A stretch of 64,000 nucleotides of DNA. Source: Candidatus Cloacimonadales bacterium. GTDB taxonomy: Bacteria; Cloacimonadota; Cloacimonadia; Cloacimonadales; JAIOQZ01. Shown here one piece after another: positions 48,399 through 58,600 of this stretch. The notes under the pieces are model-generated. The model saw nothing but the letters and a program-made list of their open reading frames with translations, made no database searches and was not told the origin of the DNA. The position numbers and the translations under genes are program-made. The DNA lies in the NCBI GenBank assembly GCA_963674825.1, contig OY771587.1, positions 1,952,001 through 2,016,000 of the forward strand. Reading direction: 5' to 3'. The number at the start of each line of letters is the position of its first letter. Positions within the stretch are counted from its first letter, which is position 1.

Positions 48399-50419
48399 GT
48401 TATGGTTTGCGGACAGACATCGATCAGTGATACCCAGACCCAGACGATTCCACAAAGCTTTACTGTTATGGTTTGCGGACAGACATCGATCAGTGATACC
48501 CACACTGCTCGCAGTAAGGAGCGAGCTTCTGTTATGGTTTGCGGACAGACATCGATCAGTGATACCAAGATGAGAACGGGAATTCAGTGTGGGAGGTTAT
48601 GGTTTGCGGACAGACATCGATCAGTGATACCAATCCGGACGTGACCAACTTCACGAATGTGTTATGGTTTGCGGACAGACATCGATCAGTGATACCCCTC
48701 GCAGATATGTTAATCGGAATCGTATCGTTATGGTTTGCGGACAGACATCGATCAGTGATACCCGTGTGTGCTCATCTGTCGCCCCCTTCAGGTTATGGTT
48801 TGCGGACAGACATCGATCAGTGATACCTGAATCGCTAACGATATCGGGAACAGCGGGCGTTATGGTTTGCGGACAGACATCGATCAGTGATACCCCAGTA
48901 GTAAAGGTTATTTCCACCCCGACGTTATGGTTTGCGGACAGACATCGATCAGTGATACCTGAGTATTTTCGACATTACAAAAATAATGGCGTTATGGTTT
49001 GCGGACAGACATCGATCAGTGATACCCACAGTCTACATACATTCCCTTGTCGAACTGTTATGGTTTGCGGACAGACATCGATCAGTGATACCTCTCTAGC
49101 GGGTCTTTTCCCGCTTTGGGAAGTTATGGTTTGCGGACAGACATCGATCAGTGATACCATCGAAGGTGTGGCCACGTTCCCCAATGATGTTATGGTTTGC
49201 GGACAGACATCGATCAGTGATACCTAAACGGCTTTTGGAACCGAAGGTTCGTCGTTATGGTTTGCGGACAGACATCGATCAGTGATACCCGCCGAGTGAT
49301 GCGATATATTCTTTATATGGTTATGGTTTGCGGACAGACATCGATCAGTGATACCTCTACGATTTCGCAGCTCTCCCGCTCGGCATGTTATGGTTTGCGG
49401 ACAGACATCGATCAGTGATACCTGGAGGAATAATGGAACGAACAGAAGATCAGTTATGGTTTGCGGACAGACATCGATCAGTGATACCGAACGGTCTGAC
49501 GTGTACATGATGGTAACAGTTATGGTTTGCGGACAGACATCGATCAGTGATACCAATCCAGGGTGGTCTAAGGACCGCGTGCTGGTTATGGTTTGCGGAC
49601 AGACATCGATCAGTGATACCACACATACAATATACGTAGCCCGCGTATTTTGTTATGGTTTGCGGACAGACATCGATCAGTGATACCGGACACCTTCCAA
49701 TGTCACAGCGTTCTCGAGTTATGGTTTGCGGACAGACATCGATCAGTGATACCCAACGAAGGATCTTCTTGTTGGTAAATGCGCAGTTATGGTTTGCGGA
49801 CAGACATCGATCAGTGATACCGCAGGGTGATATGCGCACAGCTACCTGGATGTTATGGTTTGCGGACAGACATCGATCAGTGATACCAAAACGTGGATCG
49901 TTCTTGCAATCATACTTAGTTATGGTTTGCGGACAGACATCGATCAGTGATACCTGAGCAAAAGCGCAGCCCAGCTTATCGAAGTGTTATGGTTTGCGGA
50001 CAGACATCGATCAGTGATACCCGACGAGTATCATTCTGGATGTGTCGAAGCGTTATGGTTTGCGGACAGACATCGATCAGTGATACCCCGGACTGTCATC
50101 GACCTCTGCGATCTCTTCGTTATGGTTTGCGGACAGACATCGATCAGTGATACCCCTCTGTCTCGTCTCCAAAGTGTCGAGTCTGTTATGGTTTGCGGAC
50201 AGACATCGATCAGTGATACCAGCTATTTCCATGGATGCGATACGGGATATGTTATGGTTTGCGGACAGACATCGATCAGTGATACCCCCCTGCCCCCTCT
50301 CCCGCAATAGATGATATGTTATGGTTTGCGGACAGACATCGATCAGTGATACCAAAAAGAGACAGACTTATCGACGAGCTTATGTTATGGTTTGCGGACA
50401 GACATCGATCAGTGATTTT
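48399..50419 (+). CRISPR. Type II-C CRISPR array: 31 repeats of 36 bp, 30 spacers of 29-32 bp
   Basis: Repeat GTTATGGTTTGCGGACAGACATCGATCAGTGATACC; last copy (50384) degenerate at its 3' end; orientation set by tracrRNA complementarity; counted by hand. Confidence 0.98.
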
Positions 50420-50653
50420 GATATCCCGGTGCCCGAGAAGTGTGGAGCCACTTCTGACTCCTATGGCTCAATTCTCATGAAAAAACTCATGCGTCATTAT
50501 CATGGGTGTAAAGACATTTCTTCAATCGGCGATTATTGGATGACAACGGAAAAAGTATTTGGCGATTTTGTCCCTTTATATCTTTGTTGTTCATGCTATT
50601 ATGATTACATCGGAAAATGACAGAAAATATCGGATAACATTATAATGGGTTTT

Positions 50654-50716
50654 GGATTCGAATTCCTACAGGCGCGCCATTTTTTTTTTGCCTGAAATCA
50701 GCTATTTGCAATTAGT
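50654..50716 (+). repeat. attR-like direct repeat of the tRNA-Arg 3' end
   Basis: 26 bp identical to 21790-21815, then T10-GCCTGAAATCAGCTATTTGCAATTAG (3 mismatches to the left copy). Confidence 0.9.
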
Positions 50717-50806
50717 TTTATCGCTTCCAGTTACAATCCCATGTCATCAATGCGATGGTGCAAATGTGGGCGTGGAATTATCAAGATGTTTGAATCGGTT
50801 CACGGC

Positions 50807-51259
50807 TCAATAATGATATTTCTTGTTATTGAGGATAGTGAAGGCGCGGTAGATTTGCTCGATGAGAACGAGCCGAATCATCTGGTGGGTCATGGTAAAT
50901 CGTGAGCAGCTTAGTACCATATCGGCTCGTTGACGAACACTTTCGTCCATGCCATATACACCGCCAATGATGAATTGGATGTTGTTGTGGCGATTCATCA
51001 GTTCGGCCAGATCAGGACTGGTCATCTCCTTACCATGCTCGTCGAGTGCGATGGTGAAGCCAGGTTCTATTCGCTTGAGGATATGCTCTGACTCGGCCTG
51101 CTTGACGATTTCGATGGTGCCGGTCTTTCGCAGCGGTTGGTCGGGCGTTGCCATCCATTCGATTTTCGCGAATGGACGCAGACGCTTCATGTATTCGTCG
51201 ATTCCTTCCTGAATGAACTGCTGTTTGGTCTTTCCCGGGCTGATGATGCGTATGTTCAT
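50807..51259 (-). CDS. rlmH: 23S rRNA pseudouridine-1915 N3-methyltransferase
   Basis: ALDEHGK, FIIGG.YG, HQMIRLVLIEQIYRAFTI...YH. Confidence 0.96.
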   Translation of the reverse strand: MNIRIISPGKTKQQFIQEGIDEYMKRLRPFAKIEWMATPDQPLRKTGTIEIVKQAESEHILKRIEPGFTIALDEHGKEMTSPDLAELMNRHNNIQFIIGGVYGMDESVRQRADMVLSCSRFTMTHQMIRLVLIEQIYRAFTILNNKKYHY

Positions 51260-51418
51260 GATTTACCTTCCAAGTTCGTTACCATTCGATACACTCCTGT
51301 GTCGTTATTCAGGATAACACTATGTGGCTAATCAGAATAATCGAAAGTATGATGCCATTGAAATGCAAAACGGGACAGCCTAGCAGCCATCCCGTATGCG
51401 TGTGAAAACGTTTTACAA

Positions 51419-52315
51419 TCAGGCGCAGAGAATTCCTAGCGCCATGGAAAGCATCTTGGTTTCGGCGTTGTCAGCGCGCGATGGAATCAGGATAGGGGCC
51501 TTGGTTCCGACGACGACGTGTGCCACGCGGAAGTTACAGTAATAGGTAAAGGCCTTGCCCATGAAGTTACCCGCTTCGATGTTTGGGACGACCAGGACAT
51601 CGGCGTCGCCAGCTACTTCCGATTCAATTCCTTTCATACGTGCTGCTTCGAGGTTAATTGCGTTATCCAGTGCGAGTGGACCGTCAACGATGCAGTTCTT
51701 GATCTGTCCGCGTTGGTTCATCTTGGCGATAAGCGCGGCATCCAGTGTGCACGGCATCTTGGGGTTAACGACTTCCACTGCCGCCAGCAATGCTACTTTT
51801 GGCATCGGGTTACCGAGTGCGTGACCTACCTTTACGGCGTTTTCTATGATAGCTACTTTCTCATCCACTGTGGGGTAGAGGTTGATTCCTCCATCAGTGA
51901 GCAGCACGACACGTTCCGGTGTTTCCACGGCGAGAACGTCGCTGATGACCTTGGCGGAGCGCAGGCCCTTCTCTTTATCCAGAACGGCTTTGAGAATGGT
52001 TGCTGTTGAACCCTTGCCCTTGAGAATCAGATCGCCTTTTCCTTCACGGATCAGTTCGACAGCCTTGGCGCACGCAGCAGCGATGTCACTACCACAATCG
52101 ATGATTTCAAATGCATCGACAAGCTCTGGGGCGATCTCTTTGAGGTGATTACGGATGAATTCGGCATCGCCGGTCATGATCGAATCGGCGAGGTTTTCGC
52201 GTTTGGCCAGGACAGCCGCTTCGATAGACGCAGGAGATTGCGCCGCGGCGATGACCACTGTCTTGTTGTCGCGTTGTTTCAAGGTTTCCAGAAGCTGGTC
52301 GAAATTCCTGATCAT
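51419..52315 (-). CDS. ptb: Phosphate butyryl/acetyl-transferase
   Basis: LKGK, TDGGIN, DGPLALDNA, VPNIEAGN, SRAD. Confidence 0.88.
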   Translation of the reverse strand: MIRNFDQLLETLKQRDNKTVVIAAAQSPASIEAAVLAKRENLADSIMTGDAEFIRNHLKEIAPELVDAFEIIDCGSDIAAACAKAVELIREGKGDLILKGKGSTATILKAVLDKEKGLRSAKVISDVLAVETPERVVLLTDGGINLYPTVDEKVAIIENAVKVGHALGNPMPKVALLAAVEVVNPKMPCTLDAALIAKMNQRGQIKNCIVDGPLALDNAINLEAARMKGIESEVAGDADVLVVPNIEAGNFMGKAFTYYCNFRVAHVVVGTKAPILIPSRADNAETKMLSMALGILCA

Positions 52316-52365
52316 GTTGTTCTCCTGTATTCTATAGATTATTTTTTTGCCGCATGTTGATCATT

Positions 52366-53232
52366 CTAAAGGTTATTGTTCAGCAGCATATCGATGTCGG
52401 TTTCGTATTCGTCGTAGGTTTCCCGGAGTATCTGCTTGAGCGCTTGCTTCTGGATCTGGCGAACGCGTTCGCGGCTGAGTCCGAGCTCTTCTGCGATCTG
52501 CGCGAAGTTCTTTCCGTTGTCACCGTCCAGGCCGAAATAAGATTTCAGAATATACGCATCACGAGAAGGAAGCTTGCCAATCGATTCATCGATTTTGTCC
52601 TGAATCTTCTCGCGGTAGTATATCGTTTTGGGATCGAGCATGTCGGGATCTTCCAGAAAATCGCGAAGCTGCACCGTGTCGTTTGAACTCGTGTAGCTAT
52701 AGTCGTCGAGTGAAAGCGTGTCAACAGAGTGCGATTCGACGTTGTTGATTTCCTTGCCGACGAGATTTGTTTCGTCCTCGATATCTTCGATAGTGGCGCT
52801 GTGCCCGGTGCGGTTGAAGATACGTTCACGGGCAGCTTTGATTTTATTGGCGATATTGGTCTTGCCCAGTGGCATACGGATAAGCGATGTCTTTTCCGCA
52901 AGGGCGAAGAGGATGCGCTGTTTGATCCACCATACAGCGTACGAGATCAGCTTGATATTCTTCTCTGGATCGAATTTCTCGATCGCTTTGATCAGGCCCA
53001 TGTTGCCTTCGCTGATCAGTTCCGCCAAGCTCAGCCCACGATTCTGGTAATGCGAAGCGATCTTGACGACGAATTTCAGGTTGGACTGAATTAGCTTGTT
53101 GATCGCTTCCTGGTCTCCGTCACGTGCACGCAGTGCGAGCTCATGCTCTTCCTCGCGGGAAAGCGTGTCGATCGTTGCAATATCGTTTAAGTAGCTTTGC
53201 AGCGCTTTGTCTTCGAATACGTTCTCAGCCAT
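52366..53232 (-). CDS. Sigma70-family RNA polymerase sigma factor (RpoD/RpoS-like, no region 1.1)
   Basis: SNLKFVVKIA, ELISEGNMGLIKAIEKFDP, SYAVWWIKQ, SRERVRQIQ. Confidence 0.92.
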   Translation of the reverse strand: MAENVFEDKALQSYLNDIATIDTLSREEEHELALRARDGDQEAINKLIQSNLKFVVKIASHYQNRGLSLAELISEGNMGLIKAIEKFDPEKNIKLISYAVWWIKQRILFALAEKTSLIRMPLGKTNIANKIKAARERIFNRTGHSATIEDIEDETNLVGKEINNVESHSVDTLSLDDYSYTSSNDTVQLRDFLEDPDMLDPKTIYYREKIQDKIDESIGKLPSRDAYILKSYFGLDGDNGKNFAQIAEELGLSRERVRQIQKQALKQILRETYDEYETDIDMLLNNNL

Positions 53233-53239
53233 TTAAACC

Positions 53240-53554
53240 TCAGGTCAGGAACTCTCGTGTATGGTCGCTGACGAAATCGAGCAAGTCTTCCATGCTCATC
53301 TCGAGCTGTTTTGCCAGTTCGAAAACGACTTTTACACCCGAAAAGTTCATTCCCAACTCTTGTGTCAATGTTATTATTAAGGTAATTCGGTCAATATCTT
53401 CCGTGCTGAACACCCGAATGTTCGATTCGGTGCGTTCTGGCGAGATCAATCCCTTGCGTTCATACATGCGGATTGTCTGGTCGTGGATGCCCACGATTTT
53501 AGCTACTTCTCCGATGGAGTAGAGGCGTTCGATGTCACGCGGTATCTCTTTCAT
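53240..53554 (-). CDS. MerR-family regulator (HspR-like)
   Basis: YSIGEVAKIVGIHDQTIRMYERKGLISP.R...R...ELGMN..GV. Confidence 0.85.
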   Translation of the reverse strand: MKEIPRDIERLYSIGEVAKIVGIHDQTIRMYERKGLISPERTESNIRVFSTEDIDRITLIITLTQELGMNFSGVKVVFELAKQLEMSMEDLLDFVSDHTREFLT

Positions 53555-54639
53555 GGTGCCTCGATCGGTGGCAATATCGTGAGCGGATCAATCGCCTTGC
53601 CTTGCACACGATACTCGAAATGCAGGTGAGGCCCGGTGGATTTCCCGGTGTTTCCCAGTGTGGCTATAGGCTGGCCTTTCTTCACGGTATCGCCCAGACG
53701 AACCAGGTTAGCGTCATTGTGCGCATAGACGGTCATGACATAATCCTTATGCTCGAGGATCACCACATTGCCGTAGCCGCGTTGTTTTCCGGCAAACACT
53801 ACCTTTCCATCCAGAACCGCGGATATCGGTTCACCAAGCGGCGCAGAGATATCGACACCCTTGTGCGGCTTGCCTGCACGGATGCCGAATTCGGAAGTAA
53901 TCGTCCCTTTGAGTGGAGCGATGATACCGCTGGGTTTCTTCACATCTTTCGGCGGAATTGGTTTCGAGATCACTTCACGCTTCGTGCCGCTCACAGAAAG
54001 TTTCTGCCCGATCTCGATCGTGTTCGAGGTCAGGTCATTAAGCTCTTTCAACTCATCGACTTTCATGCCGTACATCTGCGAGATGCGGTAAAGGGTCTCG
54101 CCTTTTTTCACGATATGGTAGCCGGTCGATTCCTTCAGCGTTGTTTTAGGTGTTTCCGGCTCCGGCGTTTTATCAGCTACAGGCTTCGATCCGGTAGTAT
54201 GGCCTGGTTCGAGCCAGATTTTCTGTCCAGCCTGGATGTCGAATGTCTCCAGATTATTGTAATCGAGAACGTCCAGGATCTCGAGATTGTACATCTTGGA
54301 TATCCGATATACCGTCTCGCCTTTCTCCACGAGGTGATAGCGCGATTCGGGGATATCCCTCTTGGTGACGTACTCGGTTTTCTGGTCGTAGTGCGGCGTC
54401 AGGTAAATCTTCTGTCCTATGAAGATGTCATTCGACGTCAGGTTGTTATAAAGCATAAGCTTGTTAACCGGTATCCCGTGTTTCTGGCTGATGCTGTATA
54501 ACGTGTCGCCGTGACGCACGATATGGTACTCCTTCGATGGTGTGACATACACAGCGCTGCTGCGCAGGCCGTACCAGCTTTCAATCCCCAACAGTAGAAT
54601 CAGTAGAATCAGGAGCTTAATATTTGATCTGGAAATCAT
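53551..54639 (-). CDS. 3xLysM + M23 peptidase (NlpD/MepM-like)
   Basis: Three LysM domains (HIVRHGDTLY, HLVEKGETVY, HIVKKGETLY); HKGVD, YAH, STGPHLHFE. Confidence 0.92.
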   Translation of the reverse strand: MISRSNIKLLILLILLLGIESWYGLRSSAVYVTPSKEYHIVRHGDTLYSISQKHGIPVNKLMLYNNLTSNDIFIGQKIYLTPHYDQKTEYVTKRDIPESRYHLVEKGETVYRISKMYNLEILDVLDYNNLETFDIQAGQKIWLEPGHTTGSKPVADKTPEPETPKTTLKESTGYHIVKKGETLYRISQMYGMKVDELKELNDLTSNTIEIGQKLSVSGTKREVISKPIPPKDVKKPSGIIAPLKGTITSEFGIRAGKPHKGVDISAPLGEPISAVLDGKVVFAGKQRGYGNVVILEHKDYVMTVYAHNDANLVRLGDTVKKGQPIATLGNTGKSTGPHLHFEYRVQGKAIDPLTILPPIEAP

Positions 54640-54889
54640 GTTCTGCTACAGGTTGGCCGGATGGCTGGATATCGATTTCTGTTACGGAGGCGAACATAGG
54701 CCCCTTACGAAGCATGTGAATGAACTCGCTCATATTGCTCTCGGAGCCACTCGCGAGTATTTCCACTGTGCCATTCGAAGCATTACGTACAGAGCCGCGA
54801 ATATCGAGCAGTCTGGCAGTCTTCAGGCAGAAAAACCGGTACCCGACTCCCTGGACTCTTCCCGATAATGTGATCTTGTAGGTTTCCAC
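54617..54889 (-). CDS. acyP: Acylphosphatase
   Basis: GRVQGVGYR, VRN..GTVE; GTG start at 54889. Confidence 0.9.
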   Translation of the reverse strand: METYKITLSGRVQGVGYRFFCLKTARLLDIRGSVRNASNGTVEILASGSESNMSEFIHMLRKGPMFASVTEIDIQPSGQPVAEHDFQIKY

Positions 54890-55043
54890 GTCGCATCCTG
54901 TATTTATTAATTTCTGGAATATGAACAGTGAGGGTATTTCTGTCAATTGATAAATCACTGGAAATTCGAACGAAGGCTGTTTCACAAAAAAGAGAATACA
55001 AGTGGGATAACATTTATTAATGCTGTAACTTGAAGATAGTTAG

Positions 55044-55493
55044 TTACTTGAATCCCTTCATTGCCCGGTCCATGTCTCTTCGCTCATCGCGCTCTTTGAC
55101 TGTGTCGCTTTTATCGTAAGTGTGCTTACCCTTTGCCAATGCCAGCGTCACTTTTGCCAGGCCGCTGTCGTTGATGAAAACATCTTTTGGGATAAGGGTC
55201 ATACCCTTCTCTTCGATTTTCGAGAGCAGTTTTTTAATCTCGCGGCGATGCAGAAGAAGCTTACGACGACGTTCTGGATCGTGGTTGAAATACGTTCCTT
55301 TCTCATACGGGCTGATATGAAGGTTCACCAGCCATACTTCGCCATTATCGATCCGTGCGTATGAATCCTTGAAATTCATCTTACCATCACGAAGCGACTT
55401 GATCTCAGTGCCGGTGAGGACGATCCCCGCTTCTACTTCCTCGATGAAAAAATACTGGAAGCTAGCCTTTCTGTTTTTAAATCTCTTTACCAT
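55044..55493 (-). CDS. smpB: SsrA-binding protein
   Basis: NRKA, EAGIVLTGTEIKSLR, RKLLLHRREI, GKHTYDK; ATG at 55493. Confidence 0.96.
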   Translation of the reverse strand: MVKRFKNRKASFQYFFIEEVEAGIVLTGTEIKSLRDGKMNFKDSYARIDNGEVWLVNLHISPYEKGTYFNHDPERRRKLLLHRREIKKLLSKIEEKGMTLIPKDVFINDSGLAKVTLALAKGKHTYDKSDTVKERDERRDMDRAMKGFK

Positions 55494-55640
55494 AATTTCC
55501 TCGGAGAGAGAATCCTTGAACCCATCTAACCCGTCAATAGATAATTCACAAAGGCTAAAATTCTCGTTCACAACACGTACCGCAACCGGCTGAAACGTAT
55601 AAAGGAACATTTCTTGCATGCGTAACACCCAACTAAAACC

Positions 55641-58600
55641 ATGGAGTACGTTATGAAACGATTAACCGGGGGGAGAAGTATCCGTGCATACTTCATCATT
55701 GCTATTTTGTTAGCCTTCAGTATCTTATCCGCATACGAACTGGATCTGGACAGCCCCAATGACCAGCCTCTGTTCAAATGTACTGAGTCAAACAGTAGTT
55801 TCACCGAGTTCACGTTCAATCTCAGCAATATGGAAGTAATTGAAGAGACAATCAATGGACGGAACTATCAACATTTATGGCATAATAGCGCAGCTTACAC
55901 GCTCGACGAAGGTATGCCTGAATTGCCGATTTTCAGCACCATGATCGCTGTTCCTGATAATGGTACTGTGTCGTTTGAAATTGTAAACCAGATTTACCGT
56001 ACGCTCAATGGCTATTACATATATCCTTCCCAAGGTGTTCATCTCGATGGAGCGCCGCATGGTTTCTTGATCAACAGCGAATTCTATAATGGCAAAGGCA
56101 CATTCGAACCGGAAAAAGTGCTTGTTGGCGACCCTGCTGTAATGCGTGACTGGCGTGTAGTTCCAGTCAATATTCAGCCCGTTGTATGGGATGCCCGTAC
56201 CGGTGACCTTCGGGTTATTACTGAAATGACAGTGCGCCTGAACTACTCGAACGAGCCCGGACCGAACGAGCTCGATCACAGCAATCATAAATACTCTCGC
56301 TCTTTTGAAGCGACCTATTCAGGTATCCTGAATTATACACTGGTTCGTGACGAAGATCCTGAATACCAAGCTCCCAGCGTGCTTGTTATCCATCCCAATA
56401 TTGCGGATGTAAACACACAGATCAGCACCTATGTTGGCTGGAAACGAAACAAGGGTTACTATGTTGTCGATGCGACGACGGATGAAACCGGAACCACCAA
56501 CACGAGCATTAAAAACTATATCCAGGACCTGTACGAAACAGCCGAGAATCCACCGGAGTACGTCGTTCTGGTCGGTGACACGGGCGGATCCATCGCGATC
56601 CCACACTGGACCGAAAACTACAGCTATTATAATGGTGAGGGCGACCATCCTTACACTCTGCTGGCTGGTGACGACTACCTCAGCGATGTGTTCATCGGAC
56701 GTATCTCGGTATCGAGTGTGACCGACCTGATGGTTTACCTTGCCAAGATGAATATCTACGAACGTGACGTAAACCTTGATTACCTGGACATGTTCCATGA
56801 AAGTCTTCTGGTTGGCGATACGAGTCCTTCTGGATTCTCCTGCCAGGTTACGAACAAATACGTAAAAGACCAGATTCTTATGGGTGATCCCGAACATACA
56901 TTCACTGAGCTCTACGCTGCAGACCCCAGCCCGAACGATATGGACAACGCGCTCGATAGCGGCGTTCTATTCTTCAACTACCGTGGCTATATCGGAATGA
57001 GTGGCTGGGGAACCGGCAACATCAGTGGTCTTTCCAATACAAACAAGCTTTGTAACGCAACAATTATTACCTGCGATACCGGTTCATTCTCCGGAACCTC
57101 GCGGACGGAAGTGTTTATTCGTGCCGGAACTCCTACAGCTCCCAAAGGCGCTGTCTCTGCGATCGGTATGTCAACTTCCGGTACGCACACCCAGTTCAAC
57201 AACATCCTCGATGGCGGTATCTACTATGGTATCGAGTCACTTGGTATGAGAACCATAGGTGAAGCACATAACTACGGAAAGGTTCAATTCTATAACGCAT
57301 ACTGGAACGTTGCTCAAAACTACGTTAACATGTTCACGCACTGGTTCAACCAGATGGGCGAGCCGGTTCTCAATATCTGGGTTGCGGAACCGCTTGAGAT
57401 GAACGTATCTTACGATGATTCCGTTCCGTTGGGTCAAGGCTTCCTTGAAGTGAACGTTACCGATGCCGAAGGTTATCCGATCGAAGGCGCATGGGTAACA
57501 GCTCGTAACACGGACGAATCCGTTTACGCATCCGGTTACACCAGTAACCTCGGCTCCATTGTTCTTGAAATCGACGGCGAAAACGCCGGCAACGTCACAT
57601 TGATCGTGACCAAAGAAGACCATATCCCGCATCTTGGTTCGTTCACCATCGAATCGACAGGCGGACTTTCATATTACTCCTCCGCGATCGACGATTCGCA
57701 GGGAAACAATAACGGCAACATTGAGCCAGGTGAGACCATCGAACTGGTTGTTTCACTGGCAAACTACAGCACCAGCAGTCACAGTGGCGTGCAGGCTGAA
57801 TTGATCTGTAACGATCCGTACATCGAGATCGATACGGCCGACGGAGATTACGGAACCATCGCTGCAGGCGGAACCGCCGAAGTCAGCTCTCCGTACGTCT
57901 TCACGATCAGTCCTGATGCTCCGGACAACCACAGGCTGCCCGTATTGCTCAACATCACCGATGATAGTAACAACGATTGGGCAAGCCGCTTCTGGCTTAC
58001 AATCTCAGGCAACGATATCGATATCGAATCTCTGCAAGTCATCGACGGCAACAACACCATGGATCCCGGCGATACCGTTGAACTTCGTTTCACGGTTGTC
58101 AATAACGGACAAACCGACCTCAGCGACGTTTATGGCGAGATTCGCTCTCTGAACGGCCTGATCGGTGTCAACGATTCCATTGCCTTCTTCGGTGACCTCA
58201 ACGCCGGTCAGTCAGCTACCTGTACTACCGACGCGTTCGAAGTTTACTCCATGGCTCAGATTCTCCCCGGAATGCAGATTCAGCTCGAACTGACTCTGTT
58301 CAACAGCGATGGATACGAAGAAGAAGAGATCGCACTCCTGCCCATCGGTAACGTAACGACAACCGATCCGATCGGTCCCGACTCCTATGGTTATGTATGC
58401 TACGATAGTGGCGATACCGGATATATCGATGCACCGGTTTACGAATGGATCGAAATCAATCCCAGCGATGGTGGTCAGGGAACTGATACCAACATCGGTG
58501 ATACTGCCATCGAATACGGTTCGATCGGTTACTTCGATCTGCCGTTTACCTTCTCCTTCTACGGTGAAGAATACGACAACATCGGAATCTGCTCCAACGG

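Larger units (their letters stand above)
21816..50716. mobile_element. tRNA-Arg-integrated genomic (defence/fitness) island, apparently immobilised
   Basis: Flanking direct repeats, accessory gene content, patchy GC, integrase/IS/cas remnants. Confidence 0.88.

Noticed and set aside
48399..50419. Self-targeting spacers within the window
   Set aside because: No match found by eye; spacer 29 shares only CCCTCTCCCG with the hairpin at 34422. A BLAST search is needed for certainty.
48183..50620. Many ORFs with repeated MVCGQTSISDT / VSLIDVCPQTIT
   Set aside because: Translation artefacts of the CRISPR repeats.
50654..50679. Second tRNA-Arg gene
   Set aside because: Only the T-arm and 3' acceptor strand are present; it is the att duplicate.
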